From a virus, in IMG/VR virus record IMGVR_UViG_3300008259_000017, positions 1 to 64,000 of that record: DNA of 64,000 nucleotides; one strand, given 5' to 3'. Below are positions 55,225 to 64,000 of this stretch, one piece after another. Positions within the stretch are counted from its first letter, which is position 1. Each line of letters starts with the position of its first letter. The notes under the pieces were generated by a model. That model was not told the DNA's origin, did not search any database, and was given only the letters and a program-made list of their open reading frames with translations. A program made the position numbers and the translations under genes.

Positions 55225-58200
55225 ATGGCTCTAAGACCGGTTAGCTTACAGATAAATTCATCTACAACAGTAGAAATATCATTTAATAAAAATTTAAATA
55301 CCTTAATAAGTGTAGATAATTTTGAAATATCTTCCGCGTCTGGCGTAGAAGACGATATATCAGTTGTAAGTATTTTTATAACGGAAAAGACAGTAATACT
55401 AACTACAAGGCCGCAAAATCAAGATAATTTATATATAATAACTTTAAAAGATGGTCTGCAAAAATTTTCAGCAGAAGATGGCGACAGACTAGTAAATGAC
55501 GATATAAGCAGAGTTCTATATTTTGTTGGAGCTGATAGTTTTAATCCAGTAAGAGATAGGATGCTGTCAAATGTTCCAAAGACTTATTCTTTGGAGGGAA
55601 CTGTAGTAAAAAACGTAGTATCAAATACTGCAGAAGAATTATATACGCTTCAAAAGAATATTGGAGAGGTTTTATCTGATAACTATATATCTGCCAGATC
55701 TGAAAACGAAGTAAGAATAAGAAACTCTGGCGCTAAAGATAGATTGGCAAACGAAAATGCTTATATGGTTGAATATGTATCAAGATATAGAAGTGGTGAG
55801 AATTTATTATTTGGCGAACTATTACTAAACAGCTCTGCTATTGCCCCATCTCAAACAGTAGTATCTAATTATCCAATATCACTTCAGCAGGTTTTAAATA
55901 CAGAGGAGTTTGTATTTTCAAATTTAGACTCAAATATATCTGGATATTTAATTACATTATCAAAAAATAATATATTAAAACTAGAAAGTATAACAATAAA
56001 AAAAGCATCTACAGAAGAATGCGAAGACTCTGATTATACATATAATATAGAAAGTTTTAAATATTCTATTAAGGATAACAGATATGATCCTTATAGATCT
56101 TATTCTTTTAGTGAGCTAGGGTCTAATCAAATATTGCTATCTGAATCATCTGGCTTTGCAATGCCATCAGCTGGCGATACAGTAATTATATCATATCTAT
56201 ACAAAGATTTATCAAGAAATGTATCTACAGATTCAATAGAAGTCTTTTCAATTGAGTCTACTCAATCAGAATTAATTCCACAAAACATATCAAGATTCTT
56301 TTTAAAAAATGCACCAATAACTGATCAATCTGGGGATATACTTTCTTTTGGAAATATAGCTTTTAATTCTTTATCACAATATATTGAAAATCCATTTCAA
56401 ATTGAAATTCAGTTTAGTACATCAAAACTTCCATCTAATTATGGTGAATATTCAGTAAATTACTCTACTGGAGAAGTAATAGTATTTGGAACTGTTTCCG
56501 CAACTGGTACTGGTTTTGGGCAATACTTAGCAAGCTATACTTACAGAAGGCAGTTCAAAGGAAATCTAGATTATTACTTATCAGGTTACGACTTTGCTGC
56601 AACATCCGGTAGAGATTTAGCAGGAGCAGAGGCTGTAATTAGGTTTACATATCAACAAATCTTTGTTGATGGTGTTGATTATAAATCAGAATGTCATATA
56701 GAAGTTTTAAATGAAGAAGTTACTAATAACGTTACATCTTCGTTTTCTTTAAAAACAAAGAATCATCCAATAACAAAAGTATTTAATATATCAAATCAAA
56801 CAACTGGCGAGGTATATAAGCTCCTTTATTTCTATAAAAATCAAATATTCTTTACAGGAATAAATCCTCCAAGGTTTGTATCAAGTAAGAACAAAATTCC
56901 AAGGTTTGATATTGCTCAGGACGAGAAGATCTCTCCTTACTTTAAATTTGTAAGTCCAATACATAAATTTAAAATAACAAATAACGATAGCATAAACAAT
57001 ATACAGATATATCCGCCAATCCAATCACACTTGGTAGATACCACTTCTTCGCAGTATGTTCTAAAGACTTCCTCTGGTGAGCTTCAAAATATGAATGTAA
57101 AATTCTTTGGCCCAGAAGATGGAAATGGAAATATAAATTATATAGCATTAACCACTTCTTCTGACTTGCCAGATGTAAATGCGGAATATTATATAGGATT
57201 AATATCATTATCAGTAAAGTTAAAAAACAAATATATTCTAAATAAGCTAGAGGATTCAATTGGATCGGTTGTAGATTCATCGCTGCATCTGGATAAAGAT
57301 ATTTTTATAACTGAAAAAGTATTCTCTACTGATATTGAATATTATTTAGCTATAAAGAATTTTTACTCAAGTGAAAATATATCAGCAACTTACAATTCTT
57401 CTACTGCTAGACTGCAGAATGTTGGAGATTACGTAGTAGATTATTCAACTGGAACAATACATGTTGCAGTTGGAAACGTATACGATATAGATATAGGAAG
57501 GGCAACTTATTCTTACTCAAAAATAGCTTTAAATGGTCTAAATATAGTAACATCTGATGGGATATCAAAAAAGAAAAATTACATAGATAATCCATCTGTT
57601 GTATTTGAGAAGACAAAAATAGATAATGGAATTATTATAGAGGATTTAAATAATTATCTAGAGATTGCAAGCGAAAACAAAATTATATTAGATGATGGAA
57701 CAGAAGAGTATACATGCGCTGTAACCTCTGACTATGGTATTTACACTAAATATAAGCCAACGCAAGTAAAGGGTGTTTGGACATTGCAAGATCTATTTGG
57801 AAGGTCATCATCAGTTGCAGCATCAAGAGTTACCTCTGGAACTTACGAAAACCTAATTCCATCGAAAGATTTGGGCGGTAGAAATTTAATAAATGGCTCA
57901 GCATCAGTTGAGGACTTCTTTATTGATCTAAAAACATATGTAAAGACAAAGGCAAGGTTTTACTCTGGATATACATTTGTTGTATATGACGAGCTATTTG
58001 GATCAGTATTTGATGTAGTAAACGCAACAACTGGCGCTAGCTTATTGGCTAGCGCAGCAATTAGCTATGTTGATGGATACTTAGAAATATTTATTCCAGA
58101 TGGATCTGGATTATTCTCTGGAAATGATGTAGTAATATCATATGTAAAAAGCTATATACCAGCGCCCGGAACCAGAGTCTCTGCAGCTTACTCTGCCGGA

Positions 58201-61200
58201 AGCTTATTCCATGATTATACAGAAGTACTAGATACGCTAATGGTATCGTATGAATACGGTGATAATGAGCTAAACTGGCAAATATCTGGATCATTGTCAG
58301 AGGGTGAGGTATATTACGTAACATATAGATACGGAGCATTAAGAGATGCTCTTAAGAATAACTTTGGAATATTAACAAAGATTCCTTTCTTTACAAAATT
58401 TACACCATCTACAGATAGAGAGCTATACAGAAGGGCTCTCCAGGGAACCATAGAGTCTTTTGCAAGAGGTCCTACAAAAGAGTCATTTGATAATCTAATT
58501 AGAAAGTTTACTGATCAATCACCAGAGATAACCGAATCAGTATTTGGAGAATGGATACTTGGAAGAGATTTTGTAAATCCTTCTGAATTGAGTTATTCTG
58601 GTGCATTAAAATTCGAATCAGGAAGATTTGAATCGGGCATTTTAATAGACGGAGATACAGTTATAAAGGCTCCAGCTCTAACAAGCCTGAATATCAATGA
58701 AGGAACTTTTAGTACTTGGATTAGAAATGATTGGTATGGAATAAGTAATGATGCAGATATATCATTTGATTTCTCATCAATGGGCAAAATACAATATTCA
58801 TTAATTTTAAATCAAGATATATTTAAAAAAGATAATTTTGAGCTATTTGCATCCAATGATAGATTTGGCTTTACAGATTGGACCGGAAGCAATATTTCAA
58901 TGGTAAATTATTCAAATATATCAGAAGATACATTTGTTGGTCCATATGGAATAACAAAGTATCATGATAGACTAACACCTTTTAAAAAGTCAAGTCATGA
59001 ATTTGTTTTAAAAGCAGAATCTCTAGATACAAATGAATATTTAACTAGTTTTTATGATAAGATAACAAGTTTGTCAGAACGACTATCAGGTATTGGAATA
59101 CCAAGCTTCTCTTCTGCTATAGGCATGTCAACAAGAGGATTCTTTACATTAAATCTTGAAATACTATTGGATTATTATTCAAGTCCAATAACAGTATCAA
59201 TTGGCGATGGTGAAAAAGTATTTATGGCAATAGGAGCATTTACTCCTATTAAAGATCCAGATACAGGCAGAGTAAGAGTATTCTCACTTGATGAATTAGA
59301 AGTAACGCAAAATACAATGCCAAATTACGATGGACCCTTCTTAATAAAAAATTGCAACTGTATTGATTATGAAGATATGGAGTCACTAGAAAAATTCAAT
59401 GATCCTGTATTTAACATGGCAAAAATTGTATTTGATGAAAATATAGATATAGGCTATTTAACAACAGAATATGAAATACTAAATTATAATCTTTCTGGTT
59501 TGAAATTTATATCAAATAATGGAAGACTATATTCAGTATTAAGCTTGCTAGATGTGAGTGGTAATGAATTTACCGATATATCTGAATCAACTATAGTATC
59601 AGGGTTTGTTATAAATAAACTACCAGACAATGAACGAAACACTACAGCCCTTGGAAGCGAAGCTATAAACACTGCATTGCCAACAGGCTCTGGTGCATTA
59701 TTGTTTACTGCAATTTCGGTTATAAAAGAGTCATCAGACTCAGAGACTAAATATGGATATAACCCCCTTCCAAAGCTCGTAGACTTTACCTCAAAGACAT
59801 TTTCATTAAAAGTAGATCGTAATCCTCTTGAAAATAAAGTAGATTATACACTAAATACGTCATCATATAATATGGTATATTCAGATTTGCTTTCAGCTGG
59901 AAATTACAATAATGTTTTCGAGATATTAAACCTAACCTCATGGTTTGCATCCGATGCAGGTTTATCTTCTGAAATAGATGGAATATCTGATTTAGATAAT
60001 AAAATGTTTGTAGGAACCTTAGATCCTATGTCCAAGTCAAGAGTAAGTATTTACTCTATTTCTTATAATATAGAAGAATCATTAAACAAATCAAATGTAT
60101 ATATTGGTAGTTTATTAAGAAATCCAGCTTCATTAAAATTTTCATTAAACAAAGAATCGGAAAATGTATCTGGTATTGGAACTATAAACTCTTCAGAAAA
60201 AGGAGTTTATATATGGTTTGATAATGATTGCAAAGTTGATGATAATAAAGTAGGAAGCTGGAGAGTAAGAACGATAATTCCAAATCAAAAGTCTATTCCA
60301 GCCGGCATAGATGTTGATGGTTATACAATATATGAGGCATCTGAAAAGCTTGATTATATAGAAGGATACATAACAACCAATGGAACCTACTCATATGCAA
60401 AATCAAGATCATTAGATTTGGACTGCTCTGATGAAGATTGCAAAGGAAGCTTTAGGTTTTGTGGTCAAGATTTATTAGAGTCTACTGGATGGAAGTCTAT
60501 AACTGACTCAAATTCTGAAATTATCAACACTATAATTGGCGGAATGCAAACTACAGCAAGTAGCTGGTTAAAGGTTGGAAACTTTGATACTGCAATTCAA
60601 AATAATATTTATACAATAGATAATATAACATCATACGATTATCTTTATCTGCCATTAAACTGCATTCAGAGTGCCAACTATTCAATATCTTTTAAAGTTA
60701 CAAGCTTTGATGCTGGAATAATTGGTTCAAGCTATGGACAATTTTCTGGATCAGTAAGTGGAAATATAATTGGCACAAATATTGCAGAAATCTATAATGG
60801 AACAAAATGGATTAAGCTGTCGCTTGCTGCAACAAATACTGAAAAGTATATAGCAATTCTAGATGGTTATGATAATTCGATAATAGATTTGTTCTTGTTT
60901 AATTGGGATAATTTACTATATAATAACTTAACAGTATCTCTTGACTCATCAAATGAAATAATTACAATTTATTCATCTGAAATTGTCAAGTCTAGAATAA
61001 AGTATTCTGCTTTTAAAGATATAACAGTTGATTGTAATAATCAAATTGAAAAAGGAATATTTATAAGACTTGTTGATAGCAGCATAGTAGATGATATGTT
61101 CTTTACTGCAATAGAGCCTATAAAATTAAATATAGATTTAATTGAGCTATCACTAACATCTAAAAATCAAATTGAGACAATAGAGGAGGCAGACTCCTTA

Positions 61201-64000
61201 GTTATCTCTTCAGACAATATTCATTTTAAATTTTATAACAAAGCAGATGGATACTTGGACTCATATGGATATATGGAGCAGGGATCTGATATTGATGATA
61301 TAGTATTTGTATCAGATAAAGAAAGATATATATTAGACTCTGGTGAGGCAGTTAATAAAAATAGATTATCTATCTTTAAAGATGGCTTTGGCTACTTAAA
61401 CTTTAGAGTGTACGATTCATTATATCCAGATAAGAAATCATCTTATTATAATATATCATCAAGTATAAAAAATTTCCTGCCTGGCGAGTTCCACCACATA
61501 GCAGCAAGTTGGAGATTTAATACTGATTATAGCAAAGATGAAATGCACTTGTTTATAGATGGCCAGGAAGTTCCATCTTTGTACAAGTTTGGCGGATTTA
61601 TATCTGCAAATTTTGACTCAATGGTCGGAGATGTTGCAAAGGAAATTATACAGAATTTCTCCAATACAAAGATAAGCTTTAATGATTCTTATAGTGATGG
61701 AGTAATCTTGGCTGGATCCAGTATATTGTCTTCTTTATCAGCAGCATTTAGCCAATCAGATATAGGAAGATCAATTATATTTAAGGATCCAACTTTAGCA
61801 TTAGAGTTGGATAAAAAAGCATTTGTTATAATAGGTGTAGACGGTTCAGATGCTATAATCGGCGACATAGATACATTATCAGAATACTCTTTTACTACTT
61901 CAGAGTCTGGATTGACGTTTGAATTTCCACCCTATATATCATCAGGATCATTAAATACAGAGCTTTCAACGACAAAGTATGAGGTTTTCAAAAGAACATG
62001 TGAAGATATTATTACTGAGCTTGGAGGAGTTCAGTATACAGTTAGCGATGGGCTAATTAATGTAGTGGATAATAAAAATATAAAAAATAATTACAGAGCA
62101 AACATATCAAATGGATATATAGAATTCATAAAGAAAAACAATGATTGCTCTTGGTCAGGCTCAGTAGATGTATCTGATCTAGATATATGGCTGGAAACAT
62201 TTGGATTAACAAAAACAAGGGTATCAGAAAAAATAAATTACTCTAGCAAGAGTTTAATGGGCGACTTGTATCTTGATGGTATGAGCGCATTTATAACTAA
62301 TTTACCAGAGCCAATTGATTTAACAGCTACATCTATCAAGAAGATTATTGTTGATAACACAATTCCCGAAGGATCAGTATCTCTAAATGTCTTTAGCTTT
62401 TCCATTGACTTGGAATCTTATACTTCTTCTCAGTTTGCATCTATAAACAATGGAAGACTTGTAAAATTAAATTTTGAATCAGATAATATAAAGTTCTGTT
62501 TAGATGGATATACCTTATCAAACTATATTACAGTGACCGGCCTAACAACAAGCGGTCTAACAACTGAGACATTATATATAACAGATTCAAAAAGCTATAT
62601 TTTAGAAAATTCATTTATAAGTATAACAAATATATCTGGATCTTTTGAGATTACAGATGAGAACTATGAGCCATGCATGATTTCCATTGAAGAGGTGGAT
62701 GCAATAACTATTCAAAATGCATCCGGATCATATCCTATAATATCAGAGTATTCAAATGGTGTATTTATTTTCAATGACAGCTCAAATGAATCTGAAATAT
62801 TTGTTTTGTCAAAGGGTGTTTACAAGTTTGAATATTCAGCTTATTTAAGAATAAAGATTCCAAATCTAGGAAAATATTTATTCTTTGGATCAGATATTAA
62901 TGGTGAAAATAAATTAAATGGATTAGTTGATGAAACAAAGATAGTCACAGAGATGTCAGGAGATACAAGGGTATATGAGTATTCTTCACTCTTCTCAAGA
63001 AGCATAACTGAGGAATTTATATCGCAAGATAGTCCATGTTTGGATCTTCAAACTATATTCTTATCACATTTTGACAATCCAGAGTCTATGCAACTAAGAA
63101 GACTAAGAAACAAAATATTTTTAAATTCAACTGAAAACTTTAAATATAAATTAAGTAAATCAGATATTGAAAAGTTATATCCTTACTTGAATGATAGAAA
63201 TAATTTCATATCAACTATGTTAAAGATGGGATACTCTGAGGCAATATCCGAAGAAACATTCGTTGAGGTACACTATGCAGATGGTGGCCCATTATTTAAT
63301 GAAGCAAGGTATAAAAATAATAGCGAACTTACTGTTGGTTTTAATAGCGTAAATGAAGGCTTTGGCAATTCTGCAAAATTCTTTGGATCAAGACCAGAGA
63401 TTTATACAGCTCCAAATGTAATAAATAATTCATTAGGAAATATTGAGTTTTGGGTAAGTCCTCTTCTTTCTACAAAGACTGATAAAACAAAAAGAGTTTT
63501 ATTTGATTCATATGCAATAAAGACGGCCTTTATAACACCAACTACTACAAACTTATTATATCTACCAGAGGCTGCATCAAAAATAATTTCTATAACCCTT
63601 CCTCAGCAAAAAGACAGCAAAATATATTCAACTAGCAGATACGATGAGATAACAAGATCATCTCTAACCGGCAGATTATCTGGCGGAACTGGAGTTTTGA
63701 ATGATTTCTCTTCTGAATGCAAACTAAAAAATGATGGAACTATTATTGTCCTAAAGACAAACTTAATTTCAAATGATCCAGTTATTGTAAGATATATAGA
63801 CAAGGCATCTAGTGGTTCAAGAATTCAAATATTCTTGGAGAATAATAAAATATTCTTTGTTATAAATAATAATAATATTTCTTATTCAGTATTTGCAGCA
63901 ACTGATTGGCAAAGAAATACATGGCATAGAGTATCTGCAAGTTGGAAAGCAAATACAGGAAGAGACTTTTTAAAACTAGTTGTAGATGGAACATCATATG
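55225..64000 (+). CDS. Giant (>2900 aa, runs off the window) baseplate wedge/receptor-binding protein with Ig-like and LamG domains
   Basis: ATG 55225 after AAGGA (MALRPVSLQINSSTTVEISFN...); no stop in the stretches I translated, and its absence from the ORF track fits an unterminated frame; wedge motif DRELYRRAL...GPTKESF...PEITE at ~58410; LamG motifs GEFHHIAASW...HLFIDG and WHRVSASW...LVVDG. Confidence 0.85.
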   Translation, partial: MALRPVSLQINSSTTVEISFNKNLNTLISVDNFEISSASGVEDDISVVSIFITEKTVILTTRPQNQDNLYIITLKDGLQKFSAEDGDRLVNDDISRVLYFVGADSFNPVRDRMLSNVPKTYSLEGTVVKNVVSNTAEELYTLQKNIGEVLSDNYISARSENEVRIRNSGAKDRLANENAYMVEYVSRYRSGENLLFGELLLNSSAIAPSQTVVSNYPISLQQVLNTEEFVFSNLDSNISGYLITLSKNNILKLESITIKKASTEECEDSDYTYNIESFKYSIKDNRYDPYRSYSFSELGSNQILLSESSGFAMPSAGDTVIISYLYKDLSRNVSTDSIEVFSIESTQSELIPQNISRFFLKNAPITDQSGDILSFGNIAFNSLSQYIENPFQIEIQFSTSKLPSNYGEYSVNYSTGEVIVFGTVSATGTGFGQYLASYTYRRQFKGNLDYYLSGYDFAATSGRDLAGAEAVIRFTYQQIFVDGVDYKSECHIEVLNEEVTNNVTSSFSLKTKNHPITKVFNISNQTTGEVYKLLYFYKNQIFFTGINPPRFVSSKNKIPRFDIAQDEKISPYFKFVSPIHKFKITNNDSINNIQIYPPIQSHLVDTTSSQYVLKTSSGELQNMNVKFFGPEDGNGNINYIALTTSSDLPDVNAEYYIGLISLSVKLKNKYILNKLEDSIGSVVDSSLHLDKDIFITEKVFSTDIEYYLAIKNFYSSENISATYNSSTARLQNVGDYVVDYSTGTIHVAVGNVYDIDIGRATYSYSKIALNGLNIVTSDGISKKKNYIDNPSVVFEKTKIDNGIIIEDLNNYLEIASENKIILDDGTEEYTCAVTSDYGIYTKYKPTQVKGVWTLQDLFGRSSSVAASRVTSGTYENLIPSKDLGGRNLINGSASVEDFFIDLKTYVKTKARFYSGYTFVVYDELFGSVFDVVNATTGASLLASAAISYVDGYLEIFIPDGSGLFSGNDVVISYVKSYIPAPGTRVSAAYSAGSLFHDYTEVLDTLMVSYEYGDNELNWQISGSLSEGEVYYVTYRYGALRDALKNNFGILTKIPFFTKFTPSTDRELYRRALQGTIESFARGPTKESFDNLIRKFTDQSPEITESVFGEWILGRDFVNPSELSYSGALKFESGRFESGILIDGDTVIKAPALTSLNINEGTFSTWIRNDWYGISNDADISFDFSSMGKIQYSLILNQDIFKKDNFELFASNDRFGFTDWTGSNISMVNYSNISEDTFVGPYGITKYHDRLTPFKKSSHEFVLKAESLDTNEYLTSFYDKITSLSERLSGIGIPSFSSAIGMSTRGFFTLNLEILLDYYSSPITVSIGDGEKVFMAIGAFTPIKDPDTGRVRVFSLDELEVTQNTMPNYDGPFLIKNCNCIDYEDMESLEKFNDPVFNMAKIVFDENIDIGYLTTEYEILNYNLSGLKFISNNGRLYSVLSLLDVSGNEFTDISESTIVSGFVINKLPDNERNTTALGSEAINTALPTGSGALLFTAISVIKESSDSETKYGYNPLPKLVDFTSKTFSLKVDRNPLENKVDYTLNTSSYNMVYSDLLSAGNYNNVFEILNLTSWFASDAGLSSEIDGISDLDNKMFVGTLDPMSKSRVSIYSISYNIEESLNKSNVYIGSLLRNPASLKFSLNKESENVSGIGTINSSEKGVYIWFDNDCKVDDNKVGSWRVRTIIPNQKSIPAGIDVDGYTIYEASEKLDYIEGYITTNGTYSYAKSRSLDLDCSDEDCKGSFRFCGQDLLESTGWKSITDSNSEIINTIIGGMQTTASSWLKVGNFDTAIQNNIYTIDNITSYDYLYLPLNCIQSANYSISFKVTSFDAGIIGSSYGQFSGSVSGNIIGTNIAEIYNGTKWIKLSLAATNTEKYIAILDGYDNSIIDLFLFNWDNLLYNNLTVSLDSSNEIITIYSSEIVKSRIKYSAFKDITVDCNNQIEKGIFIRLVDSSIVDDMFFTAIEPIKLNIDLIELSLTSKNQIETIEEADSLVISSDNIHFKFYNKADGYLDSYGYMEQGSDIDDIVFVSDKERYILDSGEAVNKNRLSIFKDGFGYLNFRVYDSLYPDKKSSYYNISSSIKNFLPGEFHHIAASWRFNTDYSKDEMHLFIDGQEVPSLYKFGGFISANFDSMVGDVAKEIIQNFSNTKISFNDSYSDGVILAGSSILSSLSAAFSQSDIGRSIIFKDPTLALELDKKAFVIIGVDGSDAIIGDIDTLSEYSFTTSESGLTFEFPPYISSGSLNTELSTTKYEVFKRTCEDIITELGGVQYTVSDGLINVVDNKNIKNNYRANISNGYIEFIKKNNDCSWSGSVDVSDLDIWLETFGLTKTRVSEKINYSSKSLMGDLYLDGMSAFITNLPEPIDLTATSIKKIIVDNTIPEGSVSLNVFSFSIDLESYTSSQFASINNGRLVKLNFESDNIKFCLDGYTLSNYITVTGLTTSGLTTETLYITDSKSYILENSFISITNISGSFEITDENYEPCMISIEEVDAITIQNASGSYPIISEYSNGVFIFNDSSNESEIFVLSKGVYKFEYSAYLRIKIPNLGKYLFFGSDINGENKLNGLVDETKIVTEMSGDTRVYEYSSLFSRSITEEFISQDSPCLDLQTIFLSHFDNPESMQLRRLRNKIFLNSTENFKYKLSKSDIEKLYPYLNDRNNFISTMLKMGYSEAISEETFVEVHYADGGPLFNEARYKNNSELTVGFNSVNEGFGNSAKFFGSRPEIYTAPNVINNSLGNIEFWVSPLLSTKTDKTKRVLFDSYAIKTAFITPTTTNLLYLPEAASKIISITLPQQKDSKIYSTSRYDEITRSSLTGRLSGGTGVLNDFSSECKLKNDGTIIVLKTNLISNDPVIVRYIDKASSGSRIQIFLENNKIFFVINNNNISYSVFAATDWQRNTWHRVSASWKANTGRDFLKLVVDGTSY

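Noticed and set aside
55217-64000. Apparent 8.8-kb gene desert with short minus-strand ORFs
   Set aside because: Artefact of the ORF track; a single plus-strand frame without a stop covers it
1-64000. Stop-codon recoding, introns, inteins, DGR or tRNAs
   Set aside because: Very long ORFs are intact in code 11, with TAG and TGA used as true stops; no homing endonuclease, intein, reverse transcriptase or cloverleaf motifs noticed; intergenic gaps are short

Overview
AT-rich (roughly 30% GC by eye), densely coding, almost entirely + strand virion-morphogenesis region of a large (jumbo-type) contractile-tailed phage, standard genetic code. Order: a 932-aa head-associated protein, capsid decoration protein, HK97-type major capsid protein, a 897-aa fibre built from 29-residue coiled-coil repeats, a convergent pair of DUF2827-like putative glycosyltransferases, Ig-decorated neck proteins, a small holin/spanin-like cassette, two paralogous beta-helix appendage proteins, tail terminator, oversized sheath, tube, a tail chaperone pair joined by a clear -1 programmed frameshift, a short tape measure protein and a very enlarged baseplate block ending in a >2900-aa ORF (55225 to window end) missing from the ORF track. 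I saw no portal, terminase, tRNA, CRISPR, intron, intein or IS. The best candidate for an undescribed system is the highly expressed repeat fibre plus the apparently co-regulated DUF2827 pair (possible glycosylated virion fibril coat). Next is a 2611-aa baseplate-locus protein with a long Cys-containing hydrophobic hairpin. All functional calls come from motif recognition and gene order, not database searches.
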